Origin: Laetmonice hystrix
Lineage: Eukaryota
Direction: 5' to 3'
Assembly (NCBI GenBank): GCA_965235115.1
Contig: OZ249437.1
Span: 10,726,001-10,790,000, forward strand
Length of the DNA: 64,000 nt
The position numbers and the translations under genes are program-made. Below, in pieces: positions 11,718 through 26,200 of this stretch. The notes beneath the pieces were generated by a model. The model had not been told where the DNA came from, searched no databases, and saw only the letters and a list, made by a program, of their open reading frames with translations. Numbering within the stretch: the first letter of the stretch is position 1; each line of letters begins with the position of its first letter.

Positions 11718-14700
11718 CAACGTTATACCATACGGACTGGTCACTGATCACTGCCCAACCCTCTCCCTCACGATCAATACTGACCCTTAGCATGGCCTGG
11801 ATACACCTGTACACCCCACCCCCCAACCCCTACCCCACGGTCCCTACCCCCACCTGCTCCGCGGCGTCTGATCCTGGATCGAAATCACCTTGACTGACAG
11901 GACACCGTCGTGCAAGGATACAACCACCGTGCTCTGCCAAATGACTGCCGTACCGCAGATGGCAGCGGCTTGACGGCGACTGAAAGCGATACGTCGATTC
12001 CAGCGCCACTAGGATTGGGTTTCTCCGTTTGCAATGGTAATGCACGCACGTCCGCACCTGGCGCCCACAGCTCTATCTCCCCAGCAGCGCTGAATTTATC
12101 TTTTTTTTTACATTTTCAACCCTCCAGCACTATAAAAACGACGCTGTGCCGCAAAACACAACTCTCATTATTATAGACTCAGTCCCTTTTATTTTACAAA
12201 ACAACTATCTTCTAAAAACCTCGCTATAAATGGCTATACCAAAGGCTATATCACGAGGAAGTATATATACACTATAGGAACCTTATTTTTTTCTCATCAA
12301 TGTATATTGTTGTTGGTGTCAAGGTCTCGATCTTTGTTTGGCCGTGGGAATAAAAACTTTGGGCAGGAGGACCAGACTGCTTGGGGCGACTCACTCCAGG
12401 CGAACGTTTGGCACGTTACGTGTTCGGGGACTCGACTCGGCTGGCGGGCATACTAAAATTTACATGTTTAATGAACATGTAATTGAGATATCAATTTAGA
12501 AGCAAATTGGATCCCATGTAAGTTCTTTATTTCTTGAATACCGTTGACATAATTTGAACCAGGATTGTTTTGTTTATAAATAATTTATATATCCCATGTA
12601 TATGTATATGCAATTCATCGTGTCGTTTATCATGCACGTAGAATAAATACACTTGAGTTTCAACGGTTTGACAATCGTTTGGATGTTTAAAGATGTAAGC
12701 AAACCAAATAGATTCAAGGATTATTAGATTTTATTAATGCACAAAGGAAAAAAATATAATATAAAATATCGTTTTCATGTAAATATGCAGAATTGAGAAG
12801 TGACCAAATCCAGTGACGGAAGTAAACCATTGTCACTACAAAAAGTTACATGATTTCCGCTGAGGATATCTACTTTGACCTCCCACACTTATTTCCCCCA
12901 CTCTTCCTTTTCTTTTTTTTAAACAAAGGAGAGTTATTGATGTAATGAATGTTGACAGCATTGAAGGTTAACTTCATCAATCACACTGTGGCCTAGCGCA
13001 TGCACCTTTCTTACCGCGAAATAAAACAATATGAATGGTCGGGCTGGCCGAACAGATGAGGCCCCCGAGTGGGTGGGGGCGCGGGGCCCCTGGCCTTCCC
13101 ACGGGAGGTCCTCAACCTCTCGGCCGCCCAGGGACGTGGCATAAATCATCGTAATCCTATTGGTAGTGAACTAGGCGACCAAGGTCCAAGGGTGCAGGGT
13201 GTTACCCCCACCCCCTACCGCCACCTATAACGCCAGAGGATCAGCCATGTCCAGGGCCCACGGGGGGGGGGGGGTACATATCAGGAGGGTGGGGATAGGG
13301 AGGAATGACCATGGGAACAATACTGAACGCTGGTCGTAACGCTTCCTTGTCTGTGACAGACTCACAGCTCGTAGGGATTCGTAAACACAAACACGGTGAT
13401 ATAGATAAGGCATAAACCCCGATAGGGGTGTGACCTTCACTTTAAGGTCAACCACTGGTGGGAACAGTTGGAATCCGTGGTCGACCTGATGGGGGTGGAG
13501 TGTTGGTGAGAATTTGATATTGGATTTACCGGTATAGGAGAGGTCCTGGAACCCCCCTCCTCTCCCGACGCTATCCTGTGGCGTCACCATCTGGCTCATC
13601 GTAATCTATGCGGGGGAGGGGGGTTCATCGTTACATCACCTGCAGCTAACTTCATCAAAAACAACGGTGTGTGGGTGTGGGGGCCTGTGCTGGGTGGTGG
13701 CGGTGGGATGGGAGGCCTGGAGCCTATAGAGACACCCCCAGCCCTGCCTGTCAACCCCACGCCATGTCTTGGGGAGGTATACAGGCAGTAAGTCCACTAT
13801 GTCTTTACACCTTGAGGGCCAGGAGAAATTAAAACAATGAATGCGTTGATGAATAGTGATAACTTGGTATACTTAAGCAGCGTTCATTTGCAGAACTTAG
13901 AGGTGACGTTGGCGTTGAGAGCCGATTCCCGCCCGGAGGGGGGGGGGGGGGGGGGGTCGGGGGGGGGGGGTCGGGGGGGGGGGGTCAGGCCCAGGAACTG
14001 CGGTACAACAGTATGCGGTGGGTGGTGTAGGGTATACAGGGTATAGCGGGGTATATCCCCCAACCCGCGGTAGGTGACCTGGCGCCGCGCGGTGTAAACC
14101 GAAGGTACCGCACCCAATCTTCCCCGGCAGTACTCGATCCTAACACCTCAGCAGGTACGTATACACCATACACTGGATAATCTGACACATACAGCTCACG
14201 GCCACGTTAGATTAACTTAATTTCAATACGAAAGGTCCGCCGTTCTGAGTTATAATTGTAATTATATACTCTCTGCCGACTTGGTGGTGCTGGCACGGGC
14301 AGGTTATCAGACGATTCTATACTCGCGGCTATCTGGCTATGTATATTCATGATTGGAGTGATCAGGAAGTCCTTAAAACAAAGTCAACTCGACTGAACCT
14401 TTGCTCGCCACGACACTCGCTGATTGCTCATCACGGAGGGAGGGGAGGGTGTGAACATAGTGCTCTCTGCTTCCCGGAGGGGAGGAAAGACGGTTTGGCG
14501 GTTTGGCTGGAGGTCGGGGAGTTGGAGGACTGGGTGGGGGTGAGGTGGGGGGGGGGGGGGTTCGGTCCCCCCCCCCCACCACGCGTAAGAAACCTGGTTC
14601 CCATTCTATACGAAATCAGTCACAAGCCTCGGGCGTGGGACATAGCTGGCAAATTAGCGTGTCGACTTGTTTCTCTCCATCGGCACTAAATTACTCGGCG

Positions 14701-14745
14701 TAATTAAAAACAGTCACACCGTCCTTTGACTCAGCAGAGTATCGC

Positions 14746-14960
14746 NNNNNNNNNNNNNNNNNNNNNNNNNNNNNNNNNNNNNNNNNNNNNNNNNNNNNNN
14801 NNNNNNNNNNNNNNNNNNNNNNNNNNNNNNNNNNNNNNNNNNNNNNNNNNNNNNNNNNNNNNNNNNNNNNNNNNNNNNNNNNNNNNNNNNNNNNNNNNNN
14901 NNNNNNNNNNNNNNNNNNNNNNNNNNNNNNNNNNNNNNNNNNNNNNNNNNNNNNNNNNNN
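14746..14960. other. N block (assembly gap)
   Basis: Run of N. Confidence 0.98.
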
Positions 14961-17489
14961 AGGGAACTAGAGAAGGAACCCTCTTTCAACGCGATATTTT
15001 CCAAACCTATATTATATTTATACATGGTATATATAAAGGTCGTTACAATGCATGCCTTATATCTTATTTACAATCTCATGTCTACTTTGTAAACACGTAT
15101 GTGTACGTCTGACATGTATATGTACATTTATATATTATATTTAGACATATATGCATATTATAACGCTATACGTAAATTATTTCGGCTGCATGAATTGTTA
15201 TAGGCATAATTATACGTCTTATTCCATACGTGCACCGTAAGTATATTTACCATAGCACCGCGTGAATCAGTCTCATCCCGGGTTATAAAGCACCGATTTC
15301 CCATACCTTTCCCAGAATGTACCGCTTTGACCTTTTAAGACGTCGTCATTATGACAGTCGTGATATGGTGACAAGTGGAATCTGTGACAGTCATCTTGAG
15401 CACGGATCGTTGACCCCGGCTCAGCTGACCCGGACAGACCCGGATTGGACAGATCGCCCCGCCCCTGTCCTTGTGCTTTCCTCCGTAATTATAACTTGTC
15501 CTGTCCCTATCGATGTACTCAGTCGTGTCGTCCACAGACAGCCGAGTGTTTAAGTGGTGGTCGACTTTAATGGACAGGAATTCGAAAAGTTCGGTGTTTT
15601 GCTTTATTCCGTGTGGAGTGTATTGGTCTGTATGGGTGTACCTGTTTGATTTGTAGTGTATGGGGGTGTGGTTTGCTGAACAATACTAAAGGGGGCATTT
15701 TGATTGTAAATGGCGCAGAAGTATCATTTGCAAAGCCTTTATGATATTTTAGGGGGAGCAACAAACGTGGAGAGGGGTGGAGTTTTTGTGGAGGGAAAGC
15801 TATGTTTGTTTACTGAAGGTCATAAAATGTACATCTGTCATTACATGTATCACCCAGAGCGACTGAACAGTTGACCGTCTTTAGGTCTAGAACCTACCCA
15901 GACTACACGGTTAGCCCATCTGCCATATAATCAGTTAGTATCATAATCAGTAAATATATGTAAGGATTACAGCTGCGATAAGGTTTTAAGTATAACATAC
16001 TAAAAGAAAGGTGGTTGGGGTTGGGGGGGCTTTTCTCGACTTATATGTATATTTTTCTTTACTTATATACTTTTTGAGGGTTCATTATGCCTACAGTTAA
16101 ATTTATGAACGCTGTAGGCCTAAATAATAGTTCTTACACTGTATTGTGACATTAAATTCCCACATGATTTACACATACTTGAGCTCTACCAGATAATATA
16201 AACTCAGTTTGAATGACTGGAATGATATCATGTTGTCTATAGCTCGTACCTGAGTAAAATACGCCGGTTCGAGCACAGAAAAACGTTGGGAAAAACGTTG
16301 GAGCAAATGTCTTTCCAAAAATTGGAATGCAATCAAGAAATAGCTCGACATGCACTTCTACACCTTTTCTGTAAATATCCGCGTGTTTTCATTAATTCCC
16401 CATTAAGATGTGATCTACTCGTATACCAACATATGATGAAACACAAATGTTGTTCGGAGTACTTTGTTAAGTTGTTCTGATGGCCAATTAGGCTGCGTAA
16501 ATAAATACTCGCATTGTTTACATTCAATCACCGAGTCCTGTTGCCAGCCACCTCTCGTCAAAGATGGCGGTATGTGTGGCCAGCCGGATCTGGTTACTGC
16601 GCAGACGCGATGACGCGTGAGCGACCAGACGAAACACACACATACAAGGCGGCAAAATTAAAACAATCCTTTTGATAGGGACCGCCCGGGAGACGGTCAA
16701 ATGCGTCTTTTACAGGGGAAACGTCTGCGGTATAGGGTTTGTATACTTGTGGTGGCCAAGAATATAATTGTATATTGTGAACCTGGAATAAAAAGACATA
16801 CATTGGTAGAGATAAACGGTCACCTTTCAGAAAAGTGCACACAAACTGTGACACGCTATGTTCTGAAAGTTTCTTTGTAAATAATGTATCTGTTACTATT
16901 TTTATTATGCCTTGTATGTGTATGTCATTCGTCCTAAATCTAATCTATATTTATATCAGACATATAATCATATTTCCTGTGTGGCACAGTAAGAGATTGC
17001 CTAAACTACATATAGGGCCTACACCAAGGCATCACGTTCTTTATCTCATTGTGCCCTTACGTCCTTGCGTAAACCAGAGGAAGTTAAATTGTATTTGGTG
17101 CCTGTCTCAGGGGAACGTTAAACGACGTTTCGTGTTGGCCAACTTGTAGCCCGTCACCATCATTTTCATTAGCGTCAGTGGGTTGATGGATGAGTGTGTC
17201 CGGGCGCCGTCGGTGGCGCTCGGACGGCCGTGCCACGGTGGCCTTCCTACTGAGGTCCTCCGGTGTCAACTCCCGCCCCGCCGTGCAGCGCCGAGTCTCC
17301 CTCCACCATCCCTACGGCCACCTGCCCTCGAAAACAAAACACTACGTTATCGCCGCCAGAGGTGTGCCAGCCAGGCGAGGGAGGTATAGGGCAAGACGAG
17401 GAGACTTAATCGTCGACTGAAGTTTCCAAGCGCCCACAGGGGATTGATTCGCAGGGGGCAGACTTGGGACGCTCATCCCGCGACGACCA

Positions 17490-17502
17490 TGCCCCCTGCC
17501 GG
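17490..17502 (-). promoter_or_regulatory. CTCF-like binding motif
   Basis: Minus strand CCGGCAGGGGGCA is a perfect match to CCRSYAGRKGGCR. Confidence 0.45.
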
Positions 17503-19261
17503 TAATGCCTTCTTTGATGCTCATAAAACATTGATAACAATGAAAAAATGTAAACGTTGCGAAGTGCTGCCTCAAGACGTACCATCCGCAGGGTTTGGTG
17601 CGACGTATGTAGAATGACTCGACGCGTTCCAGAGAAAGAACTCCAACAACGTGAACATTATAGTTTAAATCCCTGGCCGAGAGACAGTTTGAGTGGCCAG
17701 ATATCTTCATTGGTGTACAAGATTTTGAGCTTCCCTTTTAAAACGCATTGTCTATCGACGACCTATGACCCGATCTTGATGGTATACGTTAATCTAGGGA
17801 TTATATAGCATTATGAGAGTCCAATCAAGTTGAATGAGGAATGTTGGGGTGGAGAACTACCACATTGACATGACACAGTTCTTGATTCAGAACCGTGCCC
17901 CCTTCTGTCCCAACAGGTCAACCTGCTCAACATCCCAACCCTATCTAGGCACTCGGCTCCCAAGATGCAACCACGCGGAAGGAATTAATCTTACTCGGAA
18001 AAAGAACCTCTTCTCAAGTTACCCTTGCCTTTGTTCAGCCTTGTGGAAATCCTAATCCTTTCTTTTCAACGCGAAGTGTCAGCATACAGGATCGTATCAG
18101 TTTTACAAGCCATGCGTAAAATACATCTTCCCCTCCCGTCTCATCGAGTGTTGTTCAAGTGGTCGACATTGCTTCCCATTCGTCGATTGTTATTTCTGAG
18201 AGCGTTTTGCGACTCTGAACTTCGGGAAAAAGAACAATGTTCCTCTGTCGTATACAGACCCTGCATAGCCGATCTACTGTGATTTCGGGGTCGCCGGCCG
18301 TTCTGGGTTCGTTTTTCACCGCCCGCACTGGAGAGCTGTTGTTATTGAGACCGGTACTTCCGGTTTCGTGGTTTTGGCCTCCCTCCAGGAATTGTTCTGT
18401 CAGCTTGCCAGATGAACCAGAAGATATAGGCCACCTACTGTACTATATACGTCAGGGATCACGTCCTGGTCACAGGCTTGTCCTTCTGAAAAGTGCGGCT
18501 GGAATATGGGTTAGGTGAATAAAAAAAGCAATACCGCTTCTATAACATAATACTCTGCACAGACATAGACCCTAGCATCCTATTGAGATCCATATCAGGT
18601 ATTCTTATTTTATTGAATAGATCTATTCTACCCGCATCCAACAGCATGCCTTTTGTACATAAAATAGTAGTACACAGAATTTACAGATTTTTGAACAAAA
18701 CAAAGGTAAATTGTGGAGTTTTTGCGTATGTATTCTTATGGCTGCATTCTCGATGGTTATGATTAGGCCCCCTGGTCGTTTTAACATCTTTGGTGACGTT
18801 CTAGAAAGGGCTAGATCAACCAATCTGACATTTATGATATTTGCTACCAAAGTATACAAAGCTAAAGACGACCCTCCGTTTTCGGATCTTAGAATTGATG
18901 GCTAGTGTTGGACCCATTTTGGACCATCAGCACTCCACCAACACCCCATACCGTGCGTGTAACCAGCTGACCAGCCTCGGTTGATTCAAAAGCAGACGAC
19001 CACAATGCTTCCCGCCCTTTCAGCCCACAATCCTTCCCACGTGCCGACACGTCGTGTGGCGACGCCCGCGAGAATGCCCCCAAACACGCCACAAAGGTGT
19101 TGTGGTCAATTGATTCCTCCACAGATCTTTTCTTTCAGGTTTATCCCCTAAGAAAAATACGTTATTCATTCAAACACATTAGTCGGTGGCATCGACCCAA
19201 GCACGAGAGGCAGGCACGTGGAACAGCTAAAAGGGGGGGGGGGGTTCTGGGGAGTATCCTG

Positions 19262-19323
19262 CCACGCTAGCCCTCGGTATTGAGTGCTTGCCTATTGCCC
19301 TGGGCACCGCTGTTCAAATCCCC
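19262..19323 (+). mobile_element. Possible decayed tRNA-derived SINE head
   Basis: TAGCCCTCGGTATTGAGTGCTTGCCT (D-arm/A-box-like) followed by GTTCAAATCCCC (B-box-like); no recognisable body or tail. Confidence 0.25.
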
Positions 19324-21693
19324 GCGATGTCGAGAAGAAAAAGCCAGGTACCCGAGCGTTGGCACGAACGCCTTCGCTGAAGATCTTTTCCGAGGGTCAT
19401 ACCGTGATACAAGATCTGGAAGCATGGAGATTGGAGCGGACGCGTAGTGATGCGTATTTAAACAAATGAGTGCACCGCGGAGAGCTTCTTTCTTTTCATT
19501 CAACGAAACGCACACCTCGCGGCAAGACGTGCCCTTTGTTCCTTTGTCTACACGTGTCTGTACATCAGGTATGGGATCCATTTCAATTGAGATGACGTGA
19601 TGGTCCCTATCGCTTGGCGACTGATCCCAACCACTGGCCCTATAGCTCTCTCCCGACTCCACTCACCCCCATGTACCCCCCACCCCCCAACCCTTGCTAC
19701 CCACCAGCTCCCTGGGGCGAAAGTACGACAGAAAACTACACTACATCAGGTTGGGCGTCACCATGAGAGCGATTTCAGAACATGAAGATAATAAGCAAGA
19801 TCCGCCATGGTGCTTTCTAACAAAAAACCTCTATAAGAATGTCTAGATATATGTCATATAGTCAGTGGATGGCAACCACTGGCTTTCTGCCGGCGGGTCT
19901 GTCCTCACGTGCCTCTCGGGTCCACCTAGGTGTTAAGATCATCAGTCAGTCCCTGTTAAGTCTGAACACTATATCCTACGCCGCTTCCGCGTGTGCAAAA
20001 GTCTTTTTTAAGTTTGGTGCGCCTCCAGCGCTGTAGGATATACTATGATACAGCCAAGAGATGGTCGTAGATCGCTCCAAGTGGCTCGTCCACGGGCACC
20101 TAGACCTGTGAATCGCTGAGGGCCACACTTAGAACTTCACAGCAACGCGAAACGTGACGTGACGTAACGTAAAAATGAAGTGCGATATGAATACGTTATG
20201 TAGAGCACGCTCAAGAACAACCACACGACGCCTTAATAGGGGACCGTCCCTATATATCCCAACTCATGTAGCCACAAGGCAACTGAATAAAACAGATAAA
20301 CAAGACGGCATCCACGCCTAAATCAGCGGATACCTGGTAGGTACGTTGGTAAGATTATATCCATGTTTATATGGTCGATGAGTGCAGGTAATGACAACTG
20401 TTCCTGCTTTCTTTTCCTGGAATGGGTTTCTTAATTATCAGTAGTAACTTGAGAGATGACCTGCAGCAGCGCCCTGATTGGTATACAGAGGAGGTTGTGT
20501 ATATAGTTTGGCCGGTGGCCAGGTTGCTGACAGGTTGCCGGTGCTGCCGGGTCATCCATCACAGCCTGGGGATGGCGAAGGTGACGGAAAAGATCGAGTC
20601 CATCCTGGCCTTCTGTCCAGCGGCCCAGCTCCGAGAACGTGAGGCCACTACTAAACCAGTCAGGTCAGGCGCCGAGCGTTGACGCACATGTGCACCAAAA
20701 GCGCGCCCCTCCTTCTATATGCACCACGGGTTTCGTATATGTGAGTTTAATAAATGAGTAGTTGAGGACATCTAAGCGAAACCTGACCCAACGTGATCCT
20801 GATGAATATCCCATCACATCACCATGTGATCTGGGAAGGTCACATGCATCATGCATGTTTCTACTATATCACAGTCTATATAAAGATTACCAAAAGGTTT
20901 TATAAACCAAGAACGTCCAAATATCTCCTTTTTTTATCTAGAAATACTGAAATAAACAGTAATGTGCCCTCAGCTCTTGCATCCAAGGTCTGTTGGACTG
21001 ACTAACTTTTCAGCACAACATAAGAGTGGTGATTCAGCTTTGGACACGAATAACTTAAAAGGTTTTCGGAGAGGCCCTCACTGTACATATGCATTATGTA
21101 CATATATTTCATACCGACTAATGGATCTAAAGAGAGGTCGCCATGCCAGAAACTGATCAGTGTACCCTATTGACGCTGGCATTTTCTTACTGTAACTGAA
21201 TTATGTCTATCTTTTGTCATGCTTATCAATATCCCTCAGACCTAATTAAAATATTCGTCAGCAATCAGTGGTTTTGAAACTCAAGTACCATGCACCGGAT
21301 TAGGAATTGATCGGCTTCAGTCATCCTTGCTACCTGTCAGCTAACACCTGACGCTAGGTATAGTCATCAATTTCCATGTGTGTGTTCCTCACCTGTAAGT
21401 AATACCTGTGTGACATAATGGTCATATATGTAAACTATACCTATACAGCGGACTCGAGCGGCACCACTGCTGGCGGGGATCGCACTCCGTATATATAAGA
21501 GACTACTAAAAAAAAGTTCTGACAGTGACAAGTCTTAGATGAAAAACGTCTCGACAAAAGTATAAAATATAATACCTAGGACGATGATGTTTGTTGTTTT
21601 GTTGGGCGGAGGTGTGGGTGTGTTTGTGTGCGGGGGGGGGGGGTGCGTGGGGGATGCTTTGTAAAGTTGATACGACATAATGCTCAAAGCTGC

Positions 21694-21870
21694 ATGACGT
21701 GACGTCTAACCTGAACCTTGCGGAATGCTGACGTCATTGACGGACTGCTGACGTCATTGGCGGACTGATGACGTCACACTGTTGGACAGTGGACGTTACG
21801 TTGCTGGACGACTGGAGTGACGCTGACGTGACGTTGTTGACCGACGGATTAATCTTTGACGTGACTTTGA
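21694..21870. promoter_or_regulatory. Cluster of CRE (TGACGTCA) sites in a decayed 20-bp repeat
   Basis: Perfect TGACGTCA at 21729, 21749 and 21769, plus several TGACGT/GACGT half-sites on both sides. Confidence 0.5.
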
Positions 21871-22977
21871 CTCAAACAAACAGACTCAAGATGAATTGTT
21901 CCCCTCGTCATGCAGACGGCCAGTTTATTATTCCCTCCTTCAGACCACTCCGTTTCGTTTCAGATAAACATCAGCGCCATTGTTTTCCTGACAACATTAG
22001 GTGTTCTTGGAAATAGCCTTGTAGAAAACATCACCATGCAGCCTACCTGTCTCCATTTCAAACTTTTACGGCAGCGGTTTTAGAAATACATTTAAAAAAA
22101 AACACATGATTAGCAAAACAACAGTCCTATTGATGAAAATTCTCGTAATAGCCTATATTATAGCGTTATGCATATTTGGAGTGTGTAGACTACGTTAGTC
22201 TAGCTGCAGCAAGGCCTACATAGGCCTATATACCTATAGTGAGTGTGGCTATATAACTATGCCACTATCATGAAGCCCGGTGAGACCAGTGGCGACACGA
22301 CGGTTGGCCCCGGGCCAGAGAGCGCTTACCCGCCGATCAAGGTCTGCGCCCTCCGCCTTGGCCCGTCTAGGGGCACGGCATTCAGTTAGAGCATCACCAT
22401 CTAACTGTACACCTCAACACCGCGTACATCTGAGGGGTGGAGGTCGTAGGGGTCAGGCACATGGTGGCCCCTGTCTGTGTATTATAATGACGGTCATGGG
22501 GGTCGGTGTGAACGGAGGAAGGCTGTACTGGTGCCAACCGGCACCGAGTCTAGGCGTCAACCGATCCAGGTGGCGGCGACGGCCCGGGATCGGAGTTAAA
22601 ACGACGCACCTAAACGAGCCAACTCTCCTGGCCAGCGAAAGTATGATGTCAGCCTCCAGACACATCATAATGCTGTTGTTTATTTTTTACTGCATTTCTT
22701 GAGAAGATTCGTAGCTTTCATATGGAAGCAGCCGGGGGGAAAAAATCGCGGGGAGTGCCGACTGGACACTTTCACAGTCTTTGGGTTGGCACGAAGCACA
22801 CGGAATAATAGAATGTTTTTTTTTAGGTATCAGAAACCGAGGGGGAAAGGATCGTGTTGATAAAGACTGGTCCTCGAGGGCAGTTGACACTATACGTCGT
22901 AATATGTGTCAGAATTAGACCGAGCCTTGCCATGTGCATGATCCCTCTGGCTGTATACAACATAATATACTGCCCAT

Positions 22978-23215
22978 NNNNNNNNNNNNNNNNNNNNNNN
23001 NNNNNNNNNNNNNNNNNNNNNNNNNNNNNNNNNNNNNNNNNNNNNNNNNNNNNNNNNNNNNNNNNNNNNNNNNNNNNNNNNNNNNNNNNNNNNNNNNNNN
23101 NNNNNNNNNNNNNNNNNNNNNNNNNNNNNNNNNNNNNNNNNNNNNNNNNNNNNNNNNNNNNNNNNNNNNNNNNNNNNNNNNNNNNNNNNNNNNNNNNNNN
23201 NNNNNNNNNNNNNNN
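22978..23215. other. N block followed by GA-rich simple repeat
   Basis: Run of N abutting (GA)/(GACA) repeats to ~23275. Confidence 0.95.
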
Positions 23216-26200
23216 CAGAGAGAGACACACAGAGACTGAGACAGAGAGACAGAGAAACAGAGAGAGAGAGAGAGACGGTTGTTGGTATGTGACTCCGGGG
23301 AACTGTTCAGTACACGGCCCGCCCGCTCACTGAGTGACCACGGTTGGATCCCTCCGACCCGCCAGCCCCGACCTCGGTCAGGCCAGGCCGGGGCAGTCGG
23401 CCACCCACCGACGGTCGGTCAGCGGCTCCCGGCGGCCCGAGCGGCCGTATACACCCGGCGGGACACACCTGACACGACGCCCTCCAGGCCGACAACCGAC
23501 TCCCGACCGACCCTCACCGTCACGGCCGTGTGTTTAGAAGGCAGAGGGAGAAATACAACCGTGATCGACACCAGATGGAAGCTGCTCTACACCTCAGTTC
23601 TAAATACAGCAGAATCAGTCGTAAACAAGTATAGCAAAATAATGTTCAGCACTTATACAACTATAGTCCTCTCTATACAGAAGTGTATCAACAATAATTA
23701 TAGAAACAGAATAGTATACATTTTGTGCACAGCATATATATATATATTATACGTATATAGAAAGTGTGCCTTTATATGCTATAGGCCTACAGAAGGTATA
23801 CGTGTGGCGCCACGTTATAATTATCATATTCACGATAATATATTTACGTTTATAGTTATTCAGAATATAGATTTTTTGGTTACATGGTGTTTTTTTTCAC
23901 TGAGTTTTTTCTCTCCCTATGTTTTCATTTACATTTACCGTTACATATATGGAATGTCAGCGCCACATTATATACAAAGCACCCCTGCTGTATATTTTAT
24001 TTTTTCACTTTTATTATAAATATTTTCTCCACCATAACAAAACAGGGATTGAGTGTTATACCCAAACACATGCATGCATGCTCACGCGAGCTATAAGAGT
24101 ATAGCACATGATACGAAATGTCCGAAGCCATGATTTGTATCTTCATTGTCCCGGCAGAAGTCGGTGCGAGATGCTCGTAAAACTTGTGCCATTTAAAGCA
24201 AAAACTTGAGTGTCACCAAACCAAGTTGACATGATGACGACCCGTCCGATATAAAATTCCGACATGTCCCGACTGTTGACAGTCGGCTCGGCCACCAATA
24301 AAGTATGCGTTCTCCATGCTCGAGTAGAACTCTCCACACACATAATAACTGCTTAAATATGTCTTTGGAAAAAGGTTGATGTTTTCCCGCTTCTATAATA
24401 ATTTTGACGTACTTGTACTTATATACGTGTATAGCATATAAATAAGCATATATATCTTTATGCAGTAACATTGTGATGTGATGTTTGTTTATTTGTCTAA
24501 AGTCTTCTAACTTGTCAACATTGAAGAAAGGTAGTACCTTTTCTTGCGTATACTTAACATCTTAGCTTGGGGCTGTGGACCACAAAGGTCATGTTCTATA
24601 TATTCAGTGTAACTGTTCTAATATATACTCTACTCTACACAAGTATCCCCTGGTTTCTAATTTCCACGCTTTTATTCACACACTATAGATTTCACTCTGG
24701 GGACGGGGAAATATATATTACGTACGTGTGTGTGGGTGCGGGTGTGTGTGTGCGTGCACGTGTTTCGGGTGTTCCCGGAAGGTTATATATCTTGAAGGCG
24801 TTTTCATTAGGTCAGCGAGAGAAACTGCCAGAAGGCGGTGCATGATAATGACAAGCCGCTGACTTGAGCTCTTGGTATTATTTGCCGATAGTTTTTCCGC
24901 TTATACAGAGAGCAAGAAGGGATGGTTTGTCCTGAGTGTGAACCTGCGCCATGCACGGAGGTGGACGGACGTACGGACGGACGGACGGACGGTGAGAAGT
25001 TGGTATAGGTCATGGTGTGTTGTGTGTGTTGGTGATCAGATCACGACCTTGACAACAAGATTCCGACATGAGGATTGTTATATTTCATTTTCACGTGTTC
25101 GTTTCCGTTCCACTCCCATCAGGCTGACATGCGTCCAGAGTGAAAACATGCAAACACGTTCGTGAGAGCAAGCGGCACATGTTGGTATGCCAATCTATAA
25201 CCCGGCTCACACAAAACGTCATCAAAACGTTCATTCATATATATTATCATGTCATTAAAACGTTTAGAAAACGTTCTTTGCTGGTTGGGATATTTACCAG
25301 GTCTGCACCGACCAACTATAAGTGTCCAACCAACCAACCAACCAACCAACTAACTCGAACCAACCCTGTATTTGTCACTATAAACACGGCTGGCGAAGCG
25401 AGCAGTATAACAAGGCCGTGTTCTTTCATGTCGCGTAGGCAGGTTGACGCTATATTCCAGGTCACGTTTTGGATCCACGTTTATTGTCTGTTTGCCGGAC
25501 TCATTGGTCATTTTATTTCACACACTCGACCACACGGATCCTCCTCCACCTTGTCCACGGTCAGGAGAAGTTCTGCCGGATTCCTGCCGGACGATGTCAG
25601 CCGGCGAGTCTTCATGACCGGCTCACGTCTTCAACATTCCGATCCTCATATGTGGATCTTTTATTCTGTATGTAAAGTTATTATTCAGGTCTATACGCCC
25701 ACCCTGATGTCAAGGTGACGTTTTGTGATCAGGACAGTGTATGTTTTCCATAATAAAACATCACATCGATCAATGTAAACACTATAAGGCGTAAGCCTGG
25801 TTTCGTTTTGTACCGTTCATCTCAAAGGTTATTATAACCTTTATATAATAACCTTTATATACATTGTATAAATATTTTGTAGGAAAGATGAAGAAATTAT
25901 GCTCAATTTGCCTGGGACAATAATTTGCCAGGGACATAAATCCTCCCTAATGATATTGGAGAGGTACTCCATATTTACCTATGGTGTTTCCATCAATATG
26001 TAGAGCTATACCTTTACACATCTCCCATATATATGGCCTCATATTATAATGACATTCAATCTGAGCTGATGTTATAGGTCCAGCTATTCGCGTGCGCTCA
26101 GTTCGAAGTCTGAGAGTTTGTTAATGTTCAAACAATGACGACATTGTTGTGGGTATGGCCATTAAAACAGCAGTGCGGTGACCCTGGCCCGCTCACACAG

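Noticed and set aside
16594-16854. DVSPVKDAFDRL resembling the RT KAFD motif
   Set aside because: Isolated; no other RT motifs in order around it
20366-20682. Weak RT-like words (QLFLLSF, LRDDLQ..W, CRVIH) and an ABC-signature-like NLATGQ on the other strand
   Set aside because: Catalytic YADD absent and spacings wrong; the two readings conflict and both are chance-level
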